This document shows positions 41,893 through 51,600 of a DNA stretch of 64,000 nt, one piece after another (within the stretch, counting starts at the first letter, position 1; each line of letters starts with the position of its first letter). Source of the stretch: Candidatus Eiseniibacteriota bacterium (GTDB lineage: Bacteria; Omnitrophota; Gorgyraeia; 2-02-FULL-51-18). The DNA lies in assembly GCA_035496715.1 (NCBI GenBank), contig DATJEK010000095.1, positions 264 through 64,263 on the forward strand, in the 5' to 3' direction. The notes below the pieces were generated by a model. The model was not told where the DNA came from. It made no database searches and saw only the letters and a program-made list of their open reading frames with translations. The position numbers and the translations under genes are program-made.

Positions 41893-42045
41893 TTAGACTA
41901 TGAATATATAAATATATTTACTAAGAGACGCGAATAAAAAATACGCGCCAAAATAAACTCTCGAGGAGTCCATTTTTTACCTTATTTTGCCGTTTTCAGG
42001 GTTTGAAAATAGAGACCGATTTTACCCATGTCTATGCATGGCATA

Positions 42046-42074
42046 AGTTTACATGACCCCCTAGCGGGATGCAA
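42046..42074 (-). promoter_or_regulatory. Candidate sigma70-like promoter for giant gene 1: -35 TTGCAT (42069-42074), 17-nt spacer, -10 TAAACT (42046-42051)
   Basis: Read on the reverse complement. Each hexamer matches consensus at 4 of 6 positions. Several other AT-rich hexamers in the island are equally possible. Confidence 0.2.
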
Positions 42075-42115
42075 AAAAATGTGAACTCGTAACACTAATA
42101 TATGCATAGACTTAC

Positions 42116-42206
42116 AAAAAAAGGAGGCTACGCCCCGGACGATGTGGGATCGGTGTTCTGGAACCCGGCGCCGTCAGGCGGCGGGACAGATTCGCGAGGC
42201 GTAGCC
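42116..42206 (-). terminator. Candidate intrinsic terminator for giant gene 2: 9-bp stem (GGCUACGCC / GGCGUAGCC) enclosing a structured ~63-nt loop, followed by UCCUUUUUUU
   Basis: Stem arms are at 42198-42206 and 42126-42134, with the U-tract (plus-strand A7) at 42116-42122. This lies 12 nt after the TAA stop at 42218-42220. The large loop contains an internal 5-bp hairpin (CGCCG-ccuga-CGGCG). Confidence 0.35.
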
Positions 42207-42217
42207 CAGACTTTTCG

Positions 42218-45200
42218 TTATGCGGCAGACCCGACCGCTTTGATCGCGAACGCGGCCTGCTTGATCAAATCCACCAGTTTCTGGAGCGGCGGCAGCCAGC
42301 GGAAGATGCCGTTGCCGAGGTTTTCGAGTCCCGGCACGCCGGTCGTCTTGCCGTCCGACAGGCGCAGGCGCACGGCCACGTACGGCATGCCGTTGGCCGA
42401 CTTGGCGCCGGCGTTGAGCTGCAAAAGAAGGGGTTTGCGTTCCTGCTCGCCGGTCTCCCCCAGCTTCAGGTCCGTGCCTTCGCGCGCGACCATGATCCAG
42501 GGGTTGCGGTAAATTCCGTCGGCCTTCGCCAGCTGCGAGAGGTCGCTCAGGTTCGGGCGGAACACGAGCCGGCCCGGGAACGCCGCGGCTTCGGGATGCG
42601 CGGGAAGGCCCGCGGCCTCGTCGCCTTCGATGTATTTGCGCTTCAGCGTCTCTTCCGAAGCCAGCGCGGGGTCGAAAGCCGGATTCGTCACGACGAGCTG
42701 GTTCACGACGGCGAGCTGCTGGCCGGTGCGCCGGTTCATTTCCTCGATACGCGAATTCACCTCGTTCAACTGGCGCACGTAGTCCCATGAAAGCATGCTT
42801 TCGTGGGTCGCCACGACCGTCGTGCCCGCCAGGTTTTCGAGCGGAAGGTCCGCCGGATCGAGTCGCAGCGCCCTCTCGGTCCTCTCGAGGATCCGCTGTT
42901 TCGCCGCCGCGAACGCGGCCGAGAGATTCTCGAGCTTCTGCGCGAGCTCGAGGCCGTTGTCGGCGACGAGGTAATCGTTGGCCGCGGCGCCCGCGCGGAT
43001 GAGCTGAACGCGGGTCTCGGCGTCGGTCGGCGCCTCGAGCGCCGCGTCGAACCGTTTTTCGAAGTCGCCGAGGTCCGCCTGCCCCGCGATGAGGACCGGC
43101 CGCGCCGCGGAGATGACGGCCGCGCCCGAGAGCGCCCTCAGCTCGCCGTCCGCGGTGATCTCCAGCCGGACCGCCTGCGCGGCGGGCAGCGCGATCCCGG
43201 CGAGCTGCCGGCGAAGCTCCGCGACGGAGGCCAGTTTCAATTCGTCCAGAGTCCCTTTTTCGTTTTCGAACACGAACGCGATCGTCTCGAGGAGCCTGCC
43301 GGTGATTTCGCCGGCGACCGCGCGGGCTTCGGCGGCTTTTTCCTCGCGAAGGCGCAGCGCGTCCGCGAGCCTCGCCTCGAGGACGTCGGGCGCATTCACG
43401 GCGCTCTCGTCGACGAGCAGGTTGACGGGGGCGGACGCGGAGGCGGCGAATGCTTCCGCTCCGGTGACGGCGACGAACTTGAAATCCGTCTCGAGGCGCG
43501 CGGCGATCCGCGTGTCTTTCAGGGCTTCCGCGATCCGGCGGCTCTTCTCGCCAAGCTCGGCGGGGTTCGAGACGAGCGCCAGGACAATGGGCTCTTGTAA
43601 AAGAGTTGAAGAAGTGACGTCAAAAGAGGGGCCTCCGCCTCGGACTTCGGTGGCGAGGCGCGCCCCGTCCGCTCTCTCGCGGATGACCCGGCGGGCCCGC
43701 CGCGTCGTCGCGACCGGCAACGTTACGCTCTGCCGGGGCAGCGCGGCGAGGACCGTCGAAAGAAGCTCGGCGACGGCGTCGCGGGTGTCCGCATGCACTC
43801 TCTGGCCCTCGAACGCGATGACGCCGATGAAGCCGCGGACCACGTCCGTCCAGAGATCCGACTCGGCGGGCACGGCGTCGGCGGCCAGCGACGTGAGGCG
43901 CTCGGCGGCGCGGCGCATCACCAGCGGCCGCTGGTTGTTTTCCAGCCCGTTCGAGAGTCTCGCGAAATAAAGGACGCGGTCCGACTGGATGCCGGCGATC
44001 GCGTCGATCGCCGCCAGGCGGATGTCGTCGGCCGTCTGGTTGGAAGGCACGCCCAGATCGGTCGCGCCGTTCAGGATCGTCACCAGCGGCTGGGTGGCGG
44101 AAGGATCCAGCTGGACCGCCGCCCCGATGTCGCGCACGGCTTCGATCGCGAAGATTCTCAGGGCCGGCCTTTCCTGCGGGGTCTGGGCCAGGCCCAGGAG
44201 CGCGGCCACCGCCTGCGGGGCCTCTCCGGGGTGGGTCGTGGTGACGCGCGTGACGACGCGGCGCAGCATGTCACGGCGGGTGGCGACCTGCGCGCCCCGG
44301 TCGCGGATGCTGAGGCCGTCGATCAGGTAATCGGGCCCCACGCCGGGCTGGGCCGGCACGAGGTTCTGCACGGCCGCGTAGGCCTCCGCGAGATGATTGG
44401 CGAACGTCCGCACGTGTCCGCGGCGGAGGCTCGGGAATCCGGCGGCGGCGGCCTGCACGGCGGCCGCGAACGCCGCCTGCGTCTCCGGGCGGACGGCGGC
44501 CGTCTGCGGGTTGACGGCGGTCGTGCGGAACGCCACGAAACCGTCCGGCGTGAAGCGGTCGCGGACGAGCCCGGTCGCCGCGAATTCGACGAGATAGTTG
44601 GCTTCGACGGGCAGATTGTCGCGGGTGCGGTTGCCCTGGTTCCAGGCGGTCTGCCGCGCCTCGAGCGTATTCAGGATCCCTTCCACGCGCGTGACGATGA
44701 CCGGCACTTCCTGCCAGAGCTCGGCGTCGTATCGCAGCGCCTCGCGGAGCTCGGCGAATTCGTCGAACGTCGAGAAGCGCAGCGCGCCCCGCGGCTGGGC
44801 GATCGCCGCTTCGGCCCTCGAGCGGACCGCGGCCGTGGCGTCCGACACCGGGGTCGCGATGTCCGGCTGGACCGGCAGATGCCTCAGGCTGCGGTACGCG
44901 ATGCCCAGCGACGTGCGAATGGCGCCGAGGTCCTCCCGCAGCCAGTCGGGCGCGATGCCGATGTTGCTCGTGACACGGTTCATTTCGGTCGCGCGGCGAA
45001 GCTCGCGGATCGTCGCGCCCAGATTCCGGCGGTAGGTCGCCGGCAGGGCGAACGGGACGCCCTCCTGCAGGCTGTCGGAGTAGACCGCCAGGAGCGTGGC
45101 GAAAGACCCGATCTCGTCATTGGCCCTCTGCTGGAACCGCTCGAGATAGCGGCGGAGGTATTCGCGGTGGCGCGGGCCCTGGTCCCCGAGCTCCAGACGC

Positions 45201-45600
45201 GCGTGTTCCAAACGGTAGTCGACGAGGCGCAGATTGAGGATGAGCTGGGCGAACGACGCGTACTGGAGCGCCCGGCGGTATTCGCGTTGGAGCTCCTCCG
45301 GCACGTGGGGCCCGGCCAGCTCGAGCTGCTGGATGACGCCCGCGATCTCCCTCGTTTCGGAGGTGCGCATGATGAGCTGCTGGGTCAGGTCGCGGCGGAA
45401 ATTCACGGTCCGGTTGATCGTGTCGATGTCCGCGATGACCCGGCGCGCGCTTCCCGAGGCGGCCTCGACCTCGCTCAGCTGGCGCGCGAAATCGCGCGTG
45501 AAATTGAGGAGGACCGGCAGGATCTGCGTCACGGTCGCCCCGCCCTCGTTGAGGATCGCCAGTCTCGCGCCCGCCACCGCGTCCCTGGCCCGGACGAGAT
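42218..45600 (-). other. C-terminal ~1,100 aa alpha-helical region with HEAT/ARM-like repeats (AIEAVRDIGAAVQ..., IRLAAIDAIAGIQS...)
   Basis: Repetitive A/L/I-rich helical hairpin pattern in the translation. No catalytic motif recognised. Confidence 0.3.
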
Positions 45601-48600
45601 ACGGCGCGAGTTTCGCGTCGTCCTCCTGGGCGTCCGTGTCTTCCAGATAGGCCTTCACGACGTCCGCGGCGTTCCCCAGCTTGGCGGCATCTAGGTCGCC
45701 CGTGACGACCGCCGCTACGGGAGTCTTGTCCTCCATCGCCAGCATGAGGACCGTGAACGTGTTGTCCGCGCCCACCCGCTCTCCGGTGCCGACGTTCTCG
45801 ATCGAAAGCTCCGCTCCGCCCTTGCGCAGCTCCGCGGCGATCTTCACGAGCCGGCCGGCGGGGCCCATGTGGAGGCCGTTGGGATTGTTGAGCGCGGTCT
45901 CGCGCCGCTCCTCGGCGAGCCGGGCGCCCTGCGCGAGGGCCTGACGGATGCGAGTGGCCTTGTCGTTCAACGCGCGGGCTTTTCTCAGATCCTCCGCGAC
46001 CTCTCCCTGCGTCTCCTGGTCGAGCGAGGCGATGCCGGTGATCACCGCGGCCGTCTGCAAAAGCGTCCGGGTCAGAAGCGGGCGGATCTGGTCGCGCTTG
46101 GCGGAGTCCAGGCCTTTCAGCGCTTCGACGGAAAGATCGACGACGCTGCGGTCTTTTTCTTTTTTCTGCGGAAGGAGCGCGACGGCTTCCTTGAAAGCCT
46201 CCTGCGCCGACGTGAGCGGGGTCTTCACCTTGCGGTTCAATTCCTCGCTCCGGCGGGCCGTCTCGGCCGCCTCGAGCTTCGCGTCGCGGTGCCTCTTCAG
46301 GAGCACGTAGACGGCGGTCCCGCCGCCCAGGATGCCGACGGCGGCGATCACGTAGACGACGGCCGAGGTCTTCGCGGCCCCGACCGGCAAGGCCTTCTCG
46401 ACTTCGGCCTTCGTCTCCTCGACGACGACGGGCGGTTTTTCCTCCGCCTTTTTCGCCTCGGGTTCCTTTTTCTCCGCGGGTTCTTTCTTTTCTTCGGGCT
46501 TGGCCTTGGGCGCGGGCTTGTTGATGTCCAGACGCGCGTCGCCGCCGCGCCAGTACGCCAGAGGATCCCGCTCGAAGAACACGTACATCGACGCCATCGC
46601 CGTCACCCGCTCGTCGAGCGGAGGGATCCAGCCGAAGCCCGTGCCCTCCGCCTTTCTCCATCCGCCGAGGCCGGGGCCGGCGGCGTACGGGTTCGGACGG
46701 GTGTAGAGCCTCGTGCGCACCGACGCGAGGTCCTTGCGCAGCCCCTCGATGTCGTCGGCCGTCACGGATTCGGTCGGGTGGTTCAGATAACGGTCGATCA
46801 TGAGCGTCAGGACCGTGTCGGTCTCGCGCTCGGCGTCCTTGCCCCTGCGGGCGATGGCGGCGTTCCATTCGGGCGGGATCAGGGCGCTCGTCTCGTCGAT
46901 CACGCGGCCCTTGATCTGGTTCGTGTAGTCGAGGCCCGCCAGCGGGAGCTTGAGGCCGGCCGGACGATAGTCGGCGGTGCGTCCCGCCTTCTCGCGGATC
47001 GATTTCCACATCCGGAACGACGCGCCCTTTCCGAAGAGTTCGTCGATTTTCTCGACGCCCAGCGACAGGAGCGTCCACGTCCCGCCCGAATCCGTGGCGA
47101 ACTGGTTTTCGATCTCGAGGCGTTTGCGCGCCTGGTTCCAGAAGACGCCCATGTAGAGCGTGCCGTCCGCGGGGTTCAGCATGCCCTTCTGCGACTTCCA
47201 TTCCCCGCCCTCGGTCTGGACCCAGACCTCCTGCTCGCTCAGGAAGCGCAGGATCTTGTCCGCCGCGTCGGAATAGGCCTTGTCTTTCGTCAGGTTGAAC
47301 AGCGTGCGAAAGGCCGCGTAGGCCGACACGTTGTTCTCGGAATTGAGGTAGTAGTAAGCCGTGTCGTCGTTCTTGCCGGCGGCGGGATTGTACTGGCTGC
47401 GGGGGCCGTAGCGGACGCCGCCTTCGGTGGTCTGCAGGCGGAGCATCGCCTTGCCGAGCTTGTTCACGAGCGCGACGTACGCGCGGTTTTCAGGGGCGTC
47501 GACGCCGCCGTATTTCTCGATGTAACGCGAGGCCGCCATCGCCAGCCAGGCGTTGGGGCCCGTGTGCACGTTCCAGAACGACCATTCCTTCGTCCATCTC
47601 CCGGTGGCGTCGGTGAAATTGAAAATGTAATGCACGTCGGCGTCGAACGGCTCGAACGCGCCCTTGTTGTCGCGCGACGGATACGCGCCGAGCTGGAAGT
47701 CTCCGTAGCGGCCGCTGGCGTAAATGTCGAGGATGCGCTGGGCCGATTTCTGCTCGCCCTGCTCGGTCAGGATGAGGACGGCCAGCGCCGTGTCATACAG
47801 ACCCGACCCGCGGCGGATGATGAGCTCGTGGTCCTTGTTCTCGAACTTGATGCCGGAGACCGCGGGGACGTGGAACGTCGCGGGCAGGCCGTATTCGAAG
47901 CGGCCTTTCCGGTTGAAGCTCTGGGTCTCGATGAACGTGACGGCGTCCTTGGGGGTCTTGAGCGTGCGGATGACGCCTTCCTTGTCCTCCAGCACGTTCT
48001 GCGCGACGGCCTGGTTCAGGAAGGGGTTGATCGACGGCGGCAGGACGCTGAAGGAAAGAAGGGTGATCGCCAGGACCGCCGGACGCAGGAACCCGCCGAA
48101 GGTCCGCCCGAAAAACCGCACGGCCCTTTCCAGGAGCGACGGGCGCGAGGGGACCACGACCGGCGCGGCGGCGGAGGGGGTCTCGGCCGCCAGGCGCGCG
48201 CCCTTGACCTGCTGGTAATAGGAGCTTTCGTGGAGGCCGACCTTCACCCCCTTCTGCTCGAACGGCGTGAAGTCCAGGATCTGATAATCGTTGGCGCCCG
48301 GGGTCTTGCCGGGTCGGGCCATGAGCTCCGACCGGAACTGCGCGATCTCCGCTTCCACCGCCTGGCGGCTTTCGGCGCTGGGGTTCTTGAGGTAGAGCAT
48401 GAGCACGCCGCCGTGGCCGGCGCCGGCCGGCTTCGAGGCGACGATGAGGTCTTTCGCCTTCAGGCGCTCCGTGATGGTCTTCATCTCGGGCGTGATGAAG
48501 CCCTCCACGACGTCGTTGAACTGCGCGGCCTGGCGCTCGGCGAGCCGGAAGAGCTCGCGGATGTCGCCGCCGTGGCCGTCCTTCAGCCCCTGCAGCCAGC

Positions 48601-51600
48601 TCTCCGCGGCCTGCACGTCGGACTCTCCCTCGCGGAGGTTCTTCATGTAGTTTTCGTCGCGGCGCAGGTATCCGCGGATCAGCTGTCCGAGGACGTCCTT
48701 GGCCTCATGCCGCTCGGTGACGACGAGGACCGTGTGTTTCTGGATGTTCGAGAGGATTTCGGCTTCCCGCTCCTTGAGCGTGGCGTCCTTCTCGATCTGG
48801 TCGGCGAGCGTGCCGATGTCGCCGTCGATGGTGCTGAGCAGATGCAGGCCCGGCCAGGTGATCGCGTCCTGCCAGCCGCCGAGCGACTTCAGGCGGACTT
48901 CGAGGAACGAGCCCAGGAGAGCCAGCTCTTCCTTCGTCAGGCCTTCCGAGCGGCCGCTGACCCGGAGAAGCCCGTTGATGAAGAAGCTCGCCAGCATGAC
49001 GCTCCCGCCCAGGCCGGTCCGCGGCGGGATGTTGGTCACCAGTTCCACCGTCATGTCGAGCTGCTTGTCTTTCAGGTAGTTCTGCGGATTACGGGCGCCG
49101 TCCGGAATGAAACCCGTGGCCCGCAGCGCGTCGAGGAAATATTTGGCCTGCGGGTCCTCGTCCGGGCCGAGCTCGGCGACCGACTCGGCGTCGTACACGT
49201 GCGTGTATTCGGCGGTCGTCTCTTCTCGGACCGAGCCGTCCGGCTGCTCCGTGAATTTCTTGTACGTGCCCTTGTAGCTGACCCGTCCGCCGCCCGATTC
49301 GCTTTCGCGGACCGAGATCTTGAGCTCGTAGGCGGGCCGCGCCTTGCTCGGCTGGGGCTTCTGCCCCGCGGGGGCGCGCTTTCCGCCCGTCAGAAGGTTG
49401 GCCTGGAAATTCAGCACCTTTTGCGGATGCGTCGCCGAGCCGGCCCGGGAAACCAGGTCGCTGGCGAGGATGTGGAGGAGGTCGAGACGGAACGACGTGC
49501 TGAACTCGTACACCTTGCTCGTCCCCTGCCCTTCCATCTCGATCGGGCGGTAGAGACGCTCCGCGTAGGGCGCGAGCTTGGCCTCCATGTACTGGAGGAG
49601 GCTCGCCATCACCTTCTGCCAGTAGAACTCCGACAGCTTCTGCTGGTTGGCGCCGGTGAGAGACTTCTCCTGCGGGTAATACGGAATCGGCAGCTCCCAT
49701 CCTCTCGGGATCCCCAGGACGCCCTCGCGCCCGTCCTGATCGTAGATGTCGGACAAAAGCTGGTAGGCGCGCGCCTTCTGCATGAAGATCGGGGCGTTGG
49801 CCGGGACGACCGGCGTCGGACGGTCGACGAAATCGCGCAGAGCCTGCGCGATCTCCTTGACGTCGGCCTGGGTCACACCGCGCAGGAGCTCGTGGTTGGA
49901 AACGTCGAGATCGCGCTCGATGGCGTCGAACACCGCGGGCACCTGGGCGCCCGTCGTCCGCGTGGCCGCGAGGGCCCCGTTTTCCTTCTCCCCGGCCTGC
50001 CAGCGGATCTGATGGCCGCCGAACCACTGCGGCCCCTGGTGGGACGGGTCGATGTGGCGGGTCGTCACGAACGTGCCCTGGTAAGTCTGGGTGCCCGCCT
50101 CGTAGGGAACGAAGCCGGCGCTGACGCTGAACACGTACTCGGTCCCGTTGTCGGTGATGTCGTCGACTTTCGCCTGCCGGAACGCCCAATCCCTGCCCTC
50201 GATCCCGTAGTGCAGGTAGAAGGGCGAGACCGTCCGGAAGATCTCGACGTCTTTCACGGCCGATTTGAGAATGCGGATCTGCGTCTTGAAAACGATCTGC
50301 CTCGTGTGGAGGTCGAGGGTGACTTCCGGGATGCGCTTGGCGCGGTCGGCCTCGCGGGGGACGACGGCCCACAGGTCGTCCGCGTCGTCGGCCCAGGCGG
50401 CGGTCTGCACCGTCTGGGAAAGACGCGCCCCCGCCGGCACGCTGACCGGGACGCCGATGTGCCAGCCGGGCGGCAGCTGCTGGTACGGGTCCCCTTTGAT
50501 CAGGTGGCTGCCCGGGTGCTCGCGGTCGTAGGTGCGGCGGCTCTCGGAGAGCGGCGCATAGTGCGCGGGCCGGATCTCGAGCACCTGGAAATGCGTGCTG
50601 TCGGGATAGAAATCGTCGACCTTGTAGCGGCTGTTGAAATCGTCCCGCACCCCGAGGGACTCCAGGTCCGTCACGGCGAGCCAGGCCTTGCCGTCGATGT
50701 GGACGGGGTGGTTCGCGAAATGGAACGGGATCGTCACGTGCCGTCCGCCGGCGAGCGTCTTGGAAAGGACGATGGCCGTCTGCGGCTGGCTCTGGTGGAC
50801 GTGGAAGTCCGCGCCGCCGATCACCGGTTTGAGCGCGTTCAGCCGCGCGAAGACTTCCGGATTCCAGTCCTCGATGACCGAGAGGTAATCCGGGTACAGC
50901 GCGGTGATGAGCGCCATCACGGCCGGCACCGCTTCGCCGAAGCGCTCGGCGGCCTCTTCCGGCTTCAGGCGGACCAGCTGGCGGAGAAAATTCCGGAACC
51001 CCTGCGCGGGATTGGCGCTGTTGCGGATCTCGCGGATGCGGCGGCCCAGGAGCGCCGTCGGCAGCTCGCGCCCGTCGATGAATTCTTCGTTGATCGCCGC
51101 CTCGACGAAACGCGTCGCGTCGTCCCGGTCGATCTCCGAAACGCGCTGGAATTCGCCGTCGGCGGCCTGCGGGACCATCCGCAGGACCTGGAAATGCGTG
51201 ACGCCCAGCGGCAGACCCTTGCGCGCGAGCTTCTGCAGCGTGTGGGGCGGGTACGTGCGGCCCGAAATCACGTTGTACGCCGCGTAAATCTGGGGCTTGC
51301 CGGTCCCCTCGAAGGCCTCGGGCCCGAGCACCGCCCGCACGCCCTCGGGATAAAGCGTCGCCCGCGCCTTCGTCGCCGAAACGCTCTTGTAGATGAATTC
51401 CCTCCAGTTGACCGAGACGATCATCCGCTCGCCGTCGATGACGGCCGCGTACGCCTTCAGGTTGCTCGAGGTGGTCTGCAGGGGGGTCGTGTTCTTGTCG
51501 AGGTAGCGGATGAGGTTTTCCCGCATGCGGATGTCGTGCATGTACTCCTCGAGCGACTCGCGCGTGTCCCCGTCCCCTTCCTTGTAGCGCAGCAGGAGCT

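Larger units (their letters stand above)
41893..42217. promoter_or_regulatory. AT-rich intergenic island (~30% GC by eye, against ~70% in flanking sequence) between the two giant genes
   Basis: It sits upstream of giant gene 1 and downstream of giant gene 2's TAA stop, so it should hold gene 1's promoter. It also contains the terminator hairpin and a 10-bp inverted repeat, gtctatgcat (42031-42040) and atgcatagac (42101-42110). Confidence 0.5.

Noticed and set aside
42102-42512. Plus-strand ORF of 136 aa with a perfect AAGGAGG at 42117-42123
   Set aside because: The SD-like string lies inside the ORF, not upstream of its ATG. The ORF overlaps the 3' end of giant gene 2. The AAGGAGG is better explained as the plus-strand face of the minus-strand terminator (GGCGUAGCC-UCCUUUUUUU).
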